Below, in pieces: positions 1 through 10,851 of a stretch of 64,000 nt of DNA. The stretch covers positions 10,115 to 74,114 of the forward strand of contig JAACJW010000001.1 in the NCBI GenBank assembly GCA_021378525.1, given 5' to 3'. Under the pieces are notes generated by a model that made no database searches, was not told where the DNA came from, and was given only the letters and a program-made list of their open reading frames with translations. The position numbers were made by a program, and so were the translations under genes. Position 1 is the stretch's first letter. Each line of letters begins with the position of its first letter. Origin of the DNA: Ureaplasma sp. Hg2 (GTDB lineage Bacteria; Bacillota_I; Bacilli_A; Mycoplasmatales; Mycoplasmoidaceae).

Positions 1-1
1 T

Positions 2-1159
2 TTAGTGTGGAATTGATTTATAAATTTCCTTTAGTAATGTTTCAAACGGTTGGTTAGGTGTTTGATTAACTAAAGCTAATTCAGTAAGCTTATCAATTAT
101 TACATCATCTATTTTAGGAATTGATTCAAAGTCACTATATTTAGAAGGCAAATCAATTGCTTTAATAAACTTTCTAAGCTCCATTAAAAAGTTTTCGATG
201 TTATCGTCATTATATAATGATTTTGCCAATCATCTAGTTTGTTGGTTAAAGTGTTGATCGTGTTTGCACATATATTCAATGTAATTCGGAGTTATTAAAG
301 CCAAACCTGCTCCGTGTGTAACATCAAACAAACCACTGATAGCATGTTCCAATAAATGGACGTTTCAATCTCCAACGCTATTAAATGAAGCTAATCCATT
401 TAATGAGAAAGATGATGCTCACATTAAGTTGGCACGCGCATCATAATCTTTTGGATTATTTAAGGCAATCGGTGCGTTCTTTAATACAACTCTAATATTA
501 GCGACAATATATTCTTGCGTTCATGAGAATGAATTAGCTCCATAATATTGTTCAAGGTTATGACTTAGAATGTCAAATGCTCCACTTGCGGTTTGTCATT
601 TATTAACGGTGTAAGTATAAACTGGATCCTCAATTGTTACAACTGGAATTGCAGTTGGATCATTAATTGCCATTTTTTCATTTGTTAATTCGTTGGTAAT
701 GACTGACCCCCCGTTATTTTCTGAGCCGGTTGCACTAGTTGTTAAAACAGCTATAATGTTACGAGCTGGGTTAGTTCTTAATGATGGTTTTAAAACATAG
801 TCTCATGTATTCTTAAATTGAATGTTTGTTGATAGTGTGCTCATTACCTTAACAGCGTCAATTGTAGAACCGCCGCCGGCTGCAATAATTACATCAACTT
901 TTTCCTTATGAGCTAGTTGCCCGCCTTCATAAGTGTGGGCACATCTTGGATTAGGGGCAATACCGCCAAATTCAATAACCTTGATTTTTAATTTCTTGCA
1001 AATAGCCATGATGTCATCATAGACACCATTACGTTTGATTGAACCGCCACCATAAGCCAACATCACCTTTTTCACTTTAAGGTTTGTTAATTCAACTGCT
1101 AAGCCTTCGATTGCTCCCTTGCCGAAATAATAATTAGGTTTTAATTTAAAGTTTATCAT
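2..1159 (-). CDS. Iron-containing (group III) alcohol dehydrogenase, butanol-DH/YqhD-like, 385 aa
   Basis: Track ORFs 2-229 and 803-1159 share one minus frame and join through in-frame TGA codons. N-terminus is MINFKLKPNYYFGKGAIEGL. The GGGSTIDAVK cofactor motif is present. Hand translation of 300-360 gives HAISGLFDVTHGAGLA, the metal-ligand His region. Confidence 0.85.
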
Positions 1160-1259
1160 TTGTTTTCTCCTTCAATAGTAATTTTAGTATACATCAAAAA
1201 TTTTAATTACATTAAGACTAACAAGAGAATGAAACATTAAATAAGTATGAGGTGATATT

Positions 1260-1856
1260 ATGATTAGTTATCTATATGGTAAAATTGTGACCATTAACAA
1301 AAAATCAATTGTCGTTGAAAATAATTATACAGGGTGATATATTCTTGTGGCAGATCCAAGTAGCTTTGAATTAAACAAATATAGTCGCGTTTATATCTTC
1401 AAGCATTTATGTCAAAATAATAAAAATAATTATATTGAGGAAGTTGTAGGATTTAAGACATATCAAGAGAAAAATTTCTTTATGGATCTAATTGGAATTC
1501 AAGGCATTGGCGTTAAAACGGCGTTGCACATTTTAGAGAATGGATTAGATTTATTGCAGGTGTTAATTGGCAAAAATGATATTGAGGGATTAAATTCGTT
1601 GTCGGGCATCAATAATAAAGTAGCAATAAATTTATGTAATAGTTTAGCGGTTAAGTGTAGTGAAAATAGTGGTGATAAAATGCCGCTTATTCCAGAGTTA
1701 ATTAACGCTTTAAAAACTTTAGGATATAGTCAAAAAGAAGTAGATTATGCTTTAAGTAAAATGCGAACCAACAATGTTGCTAACGGAGATGTTAGTATCA
1801 TGATAAGTGAAGCTATTAGAGCGATTGCCAGTAAGTATGAAATTAAAGGAGCTTAG
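1260..1856 (+). CDS. ruvA: Holliday junction branch-migration protein RuvA, 198 aa
   Basis: ATG at 1260 (MISYLYGKIVTINKKSIVVENNYTGW...) reads through one TGA into track ORF 1347-1856 in the same frame. Helix-hairpin-helix region is GIQGIGVKTALHIL. ruvB follows directly. Confidence 0.85.
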
Positions 1857-2787
1857 ACCGGCAAGTCTAGATGATTTTCAAGGGAAACCAGAACTTAAGG
1901 AAAATTTAAGAGTATATTTGGACGCCGCTATAAAGCGCGGCATGCCGATTGACCACATTCTCTTCCACGGGCTAGCTGGGACAGGGAAGACTTCTTTAGC
2001 TTATATTGTGGCCTATGAGTTAAATAAGAAAATTAAAATCATTCAAGGCCCCCACTTACAAAGGCCGACCGATATTATAAATATCTTATCGATGATTAGC
2101 GAAGGTGACATTGTTTTTATTGATGAAATTCATGCTGTTAACATTAGTTGTATTGAAATGCTTTATGGGATTATGGAAGACTTCGCCATAGATATAGCCA
2201 TCGGGAAAGACTTTAATACTAAATTAACAAGGGTTAAACTTCCTCATTTTACATTAATTGGAGCAACAACTTCCCTTGGTAAAATTCTCGAACCATTAGA
2301 AGAACGTTTTGGCATTATCTTTCATCTAGGAACTTATAAAGAAGAAGAAATTTTAGATATTATTAAACGAAATAATACAATTCTTAATGTTGATTTAGGG
2401 AATGAAGAATTAAAAATAATAGCTCAAAATTCAAAGGGAATCCCTCGTATCGCCAATCGTATATTACGTCGTGTCGGCGATTATTACGAAGTTGATAAAA
2501 AACTAGAAATCCAAGAAATAATAAGTAAGTTAGGAATTTTGACAGAAGGATTGGTAGATATGGATTATCGTTATTTATTGAGTCTTTATGACAATCAAGA
2601 TTCTTCGATTGGAATCAAATCAATAAGTCAAACAATAAATGTTGACACGATAACTATTGAGGAAAAAATAGAACCATATTTATTAAATAAAGGTTACATT
2701 AATAAATCAACAAGAGGGCGAAATTTAACATTCAAAGGTGAGTCTGTTATTAATACAATTAATGGGATGATAAAAAATAGAATTTAA
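1837..2787 (+). CDS. ruvB: Holliday junction DNA helicase RuvB, 316 aa
   Basis: Walker A is GLAGTGKTSLA and Walker B is VFIDEIHAV. ATG 1837 gives the canonical MKLKELRPASLDDFQGKPELKENL start; the track ORF begins at an upstream GTG at 1807. It overlaps the ruvA 3' end. Confidence 0.93.
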   Translation: MKLKELRPASLDDFQGKPELKENLRVYLDAAIKRGMPIDHILFHGLAGTGKTSLAYIVAYELNKKIKIIQGPHLQRPTDIINILSMISEGDIVFIDEIHAVNISCIEMLYGIMEDFAIDIAIGKDFNTKLTRVKLPHFTLIGATTSLGKILEPLEERFGIIFHLGTYKEEEILDIIKRNNTILNVDLGNEELKIIAQNSKGIPRIANRILRRVGDYYEVDKKLEIQEIISKLGILTEGLVDMDYRYLLSLYDNQDSSIGIKSISQTINVDTITIEEKIEPYLLNKGYINKSTRGRNLTFKGESVINTINGMIKNRI

Positions 2788-3977
2788 TTTTTTTCATAAC
2801 GCGGTTTTTTTATTGGATTAATTTTACCATAGGATATTACATCTTTACTAAAGCGTTCGTTTAAATCCTTAATTAAACTCAAGTCCTTTGATTCAATAAG
2901 GTTTGTATTTTCAAAAAGTGAAATTTGAATTTTAACTGCTTCTATTTCTTCTAAATTGGATAGACTAACTCCGACTAATCGAATCGGCTTTCGGTTTCAA
3001 TAGAAATCGAACAAAAGCATTGCTTCTTCAAAAATGTCAGAAAAATCAAAAAGGTATTTATTTACCTTTTTTTGTTTGTTGTGACTTTTTTGCTTTTCGT
3101 CTTTAAGAGTAATGTTAATTGTTTTAGCAACTAATTGATGTTTACTTAGACGCCCACAAATATATTTTGAAAGTTCATATATCATTTTTTTAATTTCATC
3201 GTAATCATCCGTATCATATAAAAATGTTCTACTATTACCAATTGATTTCGGTTTATTTTTAGAATAATCTAATGTATCGATGCCAAGGCCCCAAACATTA
3301 TTGTAGTGCCTAATATATAAAATTCCGAAAAGATGTTCTAACACTCTTTGATCTGAAAAGTTTGCTATTTCACCTATTGTATTAATGCCTAAATTTCGTA
3401 ATTTTGGCTCAGTTTTTTTACCGATCATCATCATATTTTTAATGTCCAGTGGTCATAATTTAGTTTTGATATCATCAATATAAAGTTCGGTAACACCCAT
3501 CGGTTTTTTCATATCACTTGCCATTTTGGCAAGAAATTTATTAGTGGAAATTCCGATAGATGTTCCGATGCCTATTTTTTCTTGAATTTTTTTTTGGATA
3601 TCTTGAGCTAAAAAGATTGGGTTATTATGATATTCACTAACCATTTCAGTAGCATCGAGATAGCATTCATCTATTGAAGCAATTTCAATTTTATCGGTAA
3701 ATTCAGTGGTAATTACATTAATAAATTTTTCAGAAAACTCAATATAGGTGGCCATATGGTTTGGCACATTAATTAATTTTGGGCATATTTCTAACGCTTG
3801 AAATAAAGGCATAGCTGCGTGAACCCCATAACTTCTTGCGATATAGTTAGCTGCTCCTACGATTGACCTTCTAGTTTTTCCAGCAACAACTAAAGGTTGA
3901 TTTTTGTATTCAGGGTGGATAACTTCTTCGACAGAAGCAAAAAAGGCATTCATATCTATATGAAAAATTATAGCCAT
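2784..3977 (-). CDS. dinB: Y-family DNA polymerase IV, 397 aa
   Basis: N-terminus is MAIIFHIDMNAFFASVE and SIDECYLD is present. The pieces join via TGA at 3453-3455 and 2997-2999. The hand-translated tail ...GKINPIKKPRYEKN ends at TAA (2784-2786), overlapping the ruvB stop in a convergent arrangement. Confidence 0.9.
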
Positions 3978-3982
3978 ATTTT

Positions 3983-4723
3983 TTACCTTCCAATTAATGC
4001 TAAAAATTCAGTGTTTTTTAATTTGTTACCCTTGATTGGTGATTCGATTACATCTATAACTTTAAGATTTTGGTCATTCACATAACTCCTCACATTGGCT
4101 ATTGCTTTATCATGGTATTTTTTATCTCTGACTAACCCCTTATGTTTTCCGACTATTTTTTGATCTAATTCAAACTGTGGTTTAATTAACGCCACCATTA
4201 ATGTCTGTTTATCGATATAGGGTGCAACGATAGGCAATACTTTTGATAGGGATATAAAAGATACATCGCATACGATAAAATCTATTTTCATATCAAACAT
4301 TTTTTGATCAATAATTCTAATATTAGTATTTTCATAATTTGTAACTTTAGGATTATTTATCAAGGAGTGGTGTAATTGATTAATACCCACATCAACACAA
4401 AAAACATGCTTGGCATTATTTTGTAATGCGCAATCGGTGAAACCACCTGTAGAGGCTCCGATATCCAAAACAACCTTGTCGGCTAAATTTAGTTTTCAAT
4501 GATTAATAGCAGTAGCCAATTTCTCGCCAGCTCGCGAAACATACTTAAGTTTTTCTAATACTTTGATATCGTCAGTGGGTGAAACCATTTTATTTGCTTT
4601 TAAAACTATGTTTTCGTTAACCGAAATAAACCCGCTTTTAACGAGCTCTTGGGCTTTTGAACGGGATTCAACTAGTCCGTTTTCAACTAAATATAAATCT
4701 AATCTTTGTTTTTTGTTATCCAT
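3983..4723 (-). CDS. tlyA: TlyA-family rRNA 2'-O-methyltransferase (hemolysin A homologue), 246 aa
   Basis: S4-like N-terminus (RLDLYLVENGLVESRSKAQELVKSG) plus a SAM methyltransferase motif (VVLDIGASTGGFTD). ORFs 3983-4468 and 4496-4822 join via TGA at 4496-4498. Start placed at ATG 4721-4723 (MDNKKQRLD). Confidence 0.85.
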
Positions 4724-4780
4724 AAAATATCTCGCTATTCTTTTATTATAAATGAATAAATCATTTATAATAAAAGAATA

Positions 4781-4975
4781 ATGAATAAGACAAAAAGATA
4801 TGTACCGAAACCAACGACTCAATATGAACCCACAAAACCTTTAAAACTACAACCAGATCGAAAGACTCGCCAGCTTGAAGGTTTTGATGATTCGAGTCAT
4901 GATTGATTAAGGACTAAAGAGAAAGAACGGACCAAATCAAAAAGAAGTAAAATGAGAAACATACTAAAAAAATAG
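4781..4975 (+). CDS. Small basic hypothetical protein, 64 aa
   Basis: Hand-found code-4 ORF MNKTKRYVPKPTTQYEPTKPLKLQPDRKTRQLEGFDDSSHDWLRTKEKERTKSKRSKMRNILKK with one TGA, lying between tlyA and the hydrolase gene. A hairpin follows it. No recognisable family. Confidence 0.3.
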
Positions 4976-5014
4976 TTTAGAAACGTCAAATTAGACAAAA
5001 CCAAACTATTTTTT
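4967..5014. terminator. Hairpin between convergent genes
   Basis: The aaaaatagttt (4967-4977) and aaactattttt (5004-5014) arms flank a large (26-nt) loop. Confidence 0.35.
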
Positions 5015-5053
5015 ATATTTTAAACGATTTGCAAAACCCATGTCTCACTCTTC

Positions 5054-6871
5054 TCACTCTTCTAGTTTTTCAACGATTGCTTCGTCTTCGTCATCTTCAG
5101 CACCTAGTTGCTTCAAAATGCTAGCGTATTTTTTAGTTGGAACATTATCATCTTCTGGATTAAATAATGGCAGGTTATCAATTGCGTCATAATCCACATT
5201 TTGAGGAATAATTATTGGCTTTATTTGAGTATTTTTTTCATATTCCATAGCGTTGTCAATAGCATCGTAATCCACATTTTGAGGAATAATTATCGGTTTT
5301 ATTTGATCGTTTTTTTCATATTCCATAGCGTTGTCAATAGCATCATAATCCACATTTTGAGGAATAATTATTGGCTTTATTTGAGCGGTTTTTTCATATT
5401 CCATAACATCATCAATAGCAACTTTATCAGGCCCTAATGGAGCGGGTTCGTAATCCTCTCATGTTCTTTTTTGAGAATCATAGGTGTCAATTTTAATGAT
5501 TGTTTCATCTATGTTTTCATTCTCATTGTAATAAGGAATTTTTACTTTTGCTTCAATGGTATCTTCCCTAGATATGGTTATTGGTTTAACCTGAGTAGCT
5601 TCTTCATATTCTGCTCAATCTTCGTTGATAATCTTTTTTGGTTCCGATGAAACCGGTTCATAGGCATCACTTATTTTTTGATTAAAGTCATACGCATCTA
5701 TTTCGACAACAGCTTGATCAATATCTTCTTCATCTTTATAATAAGGTAATTCTACCTTTGGTGCAACGGTTTCAATAATAACTTCATCATCAATGTCCCT
5801 ATCGTTAATTGTTTGAATATTTTCTTCTAGTTTTTCTACTTCAGGTCCATCATCAAAAATGTTGTAAAGAGAATCAATTTTTTCTAGTAATGATTTTTCA
5901 GGTTTGATTGGTTCTTTTCTTTGGATTCTTATCTTAGGAATGGGTTCAACATTTACTTCAGGTAATGGAGAAAATTCTTCACTTAATTTACTTAATAGGG
6001 TGTCATTACTCGCAACTTTTGCTTTATTGTATTTTATATCTATAGTTTCACCAGAATGAATAAATTCCTTCACCGTTTTATAGTAATGACTTGGCTCTTC
6101 TTCTCAACAATAATGACCAGAGTGAGAAAATTGAACGATTTGGTCTGAGTTAACCCTTTTCGATAAATAACGCTTTATTTTTCAGTAAGGCATCAAATTA
6201 TTATGGTTACCTAAAATAATTAAGACATTTTCATCTAACCCATTATATAAAGACGAAGCGTTAATTAGATTTCTTAATTTCAAATTGTTATTCATTAATT
6301 CTAAATAAACTTCGCGATTATTAACAATGTTATATAGTTCTCGTTTTTTTTCTTCAATTCATAAACGATTTTTAAGATTTGGTCCAACCCGGTAACTCAG
6401 TGCAGCTTCACGATCCATCAAACCCCTAAATGAATTAGGTAAATAAATAGATTTAAAAAATAGTGAACAATAAAATAAATGCGGTGTGTAAGGAGAAATC
6501 AATATAAGGTTACTAACCGCTTTCGGCGATAAATAACGCACCATCATAGCGGCGAGAGCGCCCATTCCATGCCCAATTAAAACAACATTTTCAAGATTGT
6601 GATCAAAAATAAATTGATCAATATATTGAGCGTAATAAGTGATTTTTAATTCTTCTGAATTATTGTAAGGCGTTACCCCGTGCCCAGGTAAATCAATACC
6701 ATAATAATCAAAACCCACAAATCGATCTGCGAACATATTAGAATATTTTTCAGCGGATTTAGCAAAATCATGAATATATATAATATTCCCCTTTACATTA
6801 TCTCATTTTTGCTTATTACGGTATATTGTGGTTTCATCCCAATTTATTAATAATTTATTTTCGCCAATCAT
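5054..6871 (-). CDS. Alpha/beta-hydrolase-fold protein with ~330-aa acidic repeat-bearing C-terminal extension, 605 aa
   Basis: ATG 6869-6871 is preceded by GAGGT. MIGENKLLINWDETTIYRNKQKWDNVKGNIIYIHDF..DLPGHGVTP..LIGHGMGALA..FSHSGHYCWEEEP is an alpha/beta hydrolase layout. I translated every codon across 5405-5614 and 6074-6358. ORFs 6359-6736, 5615-6073 and 5054-5404 are one frame joined only by TGA. Confidence 0.8.
5171..5404 (-). repeat. 3 x 78-bp in-frame tandem repeat (26-aa unit MEYEKxxQIKPIIIPQNVDYDAIDNA)
   Basis: Three near-identical consecutive 26-aa units are visible in ORF 5054-5404. The DNA units are nearly identical. More diverged related units (PYYN/KxExxID...IDxYD) lie upstream to about 5760. 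Confidence 0.9.
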
Positions 6872-6968
6872 ATTTACCTCGTTATTAATTTAATGCATAT
6901 TACAATACAAAATCGTATACATATATTATATAATACTTATTAGGATATAATTAGGTATAGGTGATAAT

Positions 6969-8273
6969 ATGAATAAAAAAAAGGATACAAATGTTGTTAA
7001 ACCTTTGTCGATGCTAGAAAAACAAATGCAACAGAATCTAAAATCTAAAATTAAGTTAAGTGAAAAACGAGATATTGATAAGGATGATGTAGCCGCAAAA
7101 GACAAAGAACACGAATTAAGACAACAAATGATTCGAGATCAGGAAAAGGCCCAAGAAGCTCAGGATGCGAAGGATGCAGCCAAGGAAACAGCAATTAATT
7201 TTTCTGATCCAAAACAAATTGCAAAACGTGTGTTTTATGGAATTTTAATGGGCTTTAGTGATTCTACACCTGGTTATTCGGGTGGGACGACATTAACTTT
7301 ATTAAATTTTTATAATGATTTGATTGGTAATATTAAAGGTATTTTTTTACCTGCGGCAAAGCGTAATTGATGGCGACACGTTTTATGGGTAATACCATTT
7401 GTAGTGTTTTGAGCGTTAACCGTTGTAGGGATGTTTTTCTTAATAGATTATGCTTCAAATCCTAAGGCCACTGCTTACAAGGCTGGGGATTTATCGTATG
7501 GTGTTGGTTTTGTATTTTTATTTGCAACCGTAGCTTTATGTAGCATCCCGCTTTATTGGTATAGTAATAAACCGCCAGTGCCCTATAATAAGAAAACATT
7601 TGGAGAATTGAAAAGTAAAAATAAAAATCCAAATTTAAATCTAGGTGTTGCAGTATTAGCTTTTGTTGTATTAATCGCTATTGGCTTTTTAGTTCGTTTT
7701 GTTTGATCGGCCGATTCAGGGGGAGTTAGTATGATTCCTAAAACTACAAACGCTCCAAAAGGCGATATTCCTCCAGTTAGCACTGATGATACAATTTTAT
7801 ATATTGCAGCTGGATTCTTTTCGGGATTCGCTATGCTTATCCCTGGTATTAGTGGTAGTTTAGTTATGTACTTATTTGGTAGTTTCGATGATGTTACCCA
7901 TGCGGTTAGCAATATCACCGAACAAAATTCAATTCCTATTATCTTAATTGTTGCCATCGGAGTTATCATTGGCGTAATCACTTGCGCGTTATCATTAAAC
8001 TGAGTTATTAAAAAGTATGAGGGCGTTTTTAAAAGTATGAGTTTAGGACTTGTTGCAGCTTCTTTCATAACTATCTTAATTTCATTAAGTTCAAATGATT
8101 ATGCGATGCTAAGTCATGCTAAAGTAGCTGATGTTACTATTGGAATGGTTTTCATCGGATTTGCCATTAGTGGTGTATTGATGATTTATCTTAATTATAT
8201 TAATGCGATTGATGTTAAATTAATAAAATTTAAACAAGCTCCAAAACAAGCTCCAAAACAAGCTGATGCTTAA
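6969..8273 (+). CDS. DUF368-family polytopic membrane protein with ~85-aa charged N-terminal extension, 434 aa
   Basis: Four track ORFs (6969, 7431, 7731, 8037) are all in frame 0 and joined by TGA; gaps checked. It has duplicated PGxSGG-type motifs (STPGYSGGTTLTLLNFY and LIPGISGSLVMYLFG). The C-terminal KQAPKQAPKQ comes from a 12-nt repeat. Confidence 0.75.
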
Positions 8274-8281
8274 GGTATAAA

Positions 8282-8914
8282 ATGAAAAAAATATTAGTTT
8301 TTGGTGACTCCAATACATGGGGATATAAACCGGTCTCAGGAAAACGTTATAAACTTGAGTTTCGTTGAACTTTCTTGTTACAACGCAAAATAAATCTTTT
8401 TAACGAAAATTTTAGAGTAATTGCCGACGGCCTTAATGGACGTTGCTTAGTTGGCCAACCTTTTAGTTGAATCAATAAAATTAATTTAGAAGGCGCAAGT
8501 CAAATAAAAGGTTTTACGGATCAATTTAATAATTACGATGTCTTAATTATTGCTTTAGGAACAAACGATATATTGAGTGACATAAACCCAATTATAGATG
8601 CTAAAGCATTAACCAATCATTTAGAACTTTTTAACCAAAATATTGATTATAAAGAAAATGTTAAAAAAATATTTATTGCACCACACAACTTAGCGAGCGA
8701 AGCTGCGCACCTAAGCAATGAAACAATCCAAAAAACATATCGTGATTTTTGTTTAAAGCATGATTACACTTTGATTGAAACGCATGATATCAATCCGCCA
8801 AACGAAAGTGATGGGGGCGACGGAGTTCATTTTGGGATTGTAAACCACAATGATTTAGCGACTCGAGTTTATCGCGAGATTATTAAGTTATTTGACTTAA
8901 AATCAATTCAATAA
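8282..8914 (+). CDS. SGNH/GDSL-family hydrolase (esterase/lipase-like), 210 aa
   Basis: MKKILVFGDSNTWGY is the block I GDS motif. LGTNDI and a C-terminal DGVHF are present. Two TGA codons were read through from ATG 8282 into ORF 8573-8914. Confidence 0.75.
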
Positions 8915-9023
8915 AATATAAAATATGCTATCTCTTGATGCATATTTTTTGTTTGTTTATTTAAATTAAACATTAGACACTTACGTTATGATAAAATTAT
9001 TAAATAAATAGGAGCTTTAATTT

Positions 9024-10133
9024 ATGAAATTACATGATGATCGAAAATTAATTAATCGACAAATTCTATTAAGTTTATTAATATTAATTTTTTCAATATT
9101 TGGAATTATTATCTTAGCATTAAATATTAATAGCCCCAACGATTCTAATTATTATGGTTCAACAACCGAGGAATCATTTAAGGCAATAGGAATCGTCTTG
9201 GCGACCTACATAGTATTGTGCATGGGTTTTTTTGCATACACTGGTGTACAGCAAAAAAACAATCACGAATATATGTACTCTAATTTGAATTTTGCATCCA
9301 TATTAATCGTCCCAGCTATTTTTAATTTAATGGTTAGTTGCTATGAAAGCAGTTTGAGTGATTTTACTAACTATATAAAATCTTGATTTGAACCAACTAA
9401 CTTAACAATGTTTAACCCTGATTTTCAAAAGGGGCAAACCACTAGAATTATTACTTTCATTTTTTGATTATTTGATTTGCAATGAATTGCTATATTATTA
9501 GTAGATTTATTTGGCGCGACTGGCGGTAAAGGTGCTTGATTAGATTCTTTTCATTTCTTTACTGTTCAAGCTAACGTGATGGTGTTTTTCTACTTATGAG
9601 CTAAATGATTAATGCCGAGTTGAAAATTATTTAATTCAAACACTTTATTAATTTTAATTATTTCGTATATCGTTATCGTAGCTTTAGGTTATAATGCCGT
9701 GTTGCTACCCGACTCAATTAGTAAGGGCGATACTAACTCTTGATCTAGTACAGATTGATACTTAGAAATTCTTCAACACATGATCATTCCTTTGCTTTTC
9801 TTAATTTATGGAATTTACATTTTCCACCTATCGATTTATACAAGAGAATTAAAACTAATGAAAAGTATTGGATATGGGATTGTATATCCAACAATGTATT
9901 TGATTTATGCTTTGTTCTTACCATTTGTTTCAGACATCTCTGTTTATGGAAAGTTCTCAAATATTAATATCGCAAACGGTGGGGATTATACATCATACGG
10001 ATTTATGTTTGGGTTTTGAATATTATTTATCATCTTCATCGCTTTGTTTTGAAGCTTAAATCACTTAGCTGTGCATCGCGCCCAACAAGGGTATAGCGAC
10101 CGTAATAAAGAAATTCGTGCCAACAAATATTAA
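9024..10133 (+). CDS. Trp-rich polytopic membrane protein, 369 aa
   Basis: ORFs 9024-9386 and 9780-10019 are in frame 0. The 9387-9779 gap was hand-translated and holds many TGA but no TAA or TAG. Multiple hydrophobic segments. AGGAG lies upstream. TAA at 10131-10133. Confidence 0.7.
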
Positions 10134-10191
10134 AGAGATATAATATACCTAAATACAAGGTGTATTATTTTTTTATATTAAAGGAGTTGTT

Positions 10192-10716
10192 ATGATTAAA
10201 ATAAATAACTTAGAATCGATCTATTTGGAGCAATTGAACAATAAAGACAATAACGCTTTATGTGATTTGGTCAGAAAGAACGAAACTCATCTTGAGTATT
10301 TAAAGTGGACTCAAAATTATAATCCACAAAAAGCACTGCAATTTATAATCGGTAAAAACGAATTATTTGAACTAAATGGCGATAATAGAGAATTAACTTT
10401 TAAATTAACCAATGGTACAGTAATAATTGGAATGGTTGCGGCCTTCAATTTTAATTATGTATCTATGGAATGTGAAATCGGTTATTGATTAGATGAATCA
10501 CATTGTCACCAAGGAATCATGCGTCAAACATTAATAACCTTTATTGATTATCTTTTTACACAACAGGATATGAGTTCCATAATTGTTAAGGTAATGCCCC
10601 GCAATATCGATTCTAACCGAATCATTATGAAACTATATTTCACTCCATTACAAGAAAAAATTGTGGAGGGAGACGAGATTTTTAATGTTTATAAATTAGA
10701 TAGAATGTATCGTTAA
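10192..10716 (+). CDS. GNAT-family N-acetyltransferase (RimJ/RimL-like), 174 aa
   Basis: Two same-frame ORFs are joined by one TGA. ...ECEIGYWLDESHCHQGIMRQTLITFIDYLF is the typical GNAT motif A region. Confidence 0.7.
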
Positions 10717-10851
10717 ATTTAGTTTACTTATACGACAATTAAAGAAAAACGAAAAAAGTATACATTTATATTTATATATAAATTATAAGAATAACCCCAC
10801 TTGCACTATTTTTAGAGATGTAGTTTAATATAGTAAAGAAGGGGTGATATT

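Noticed and set aside
3587-3595. An A9/T9 homopolymer inside dinB (also A8 runs at about 19613, 24845, 45844 and 48594) as possible phase-variation switches.
   Set aside because: Runs of 8-9 A/T are expected at this base composition, mostly as Lys codons. All are currently in frame, and nothing links them to surface or variable genes.
5171-5404. Regularly spaced 78-bp direct repeats that could have been a CRISPR-like array.
   Set aside because: The units are contiguous with no unique spacers. They are in-frame and encode a repeated 26-aa peptide inside a long ORF.
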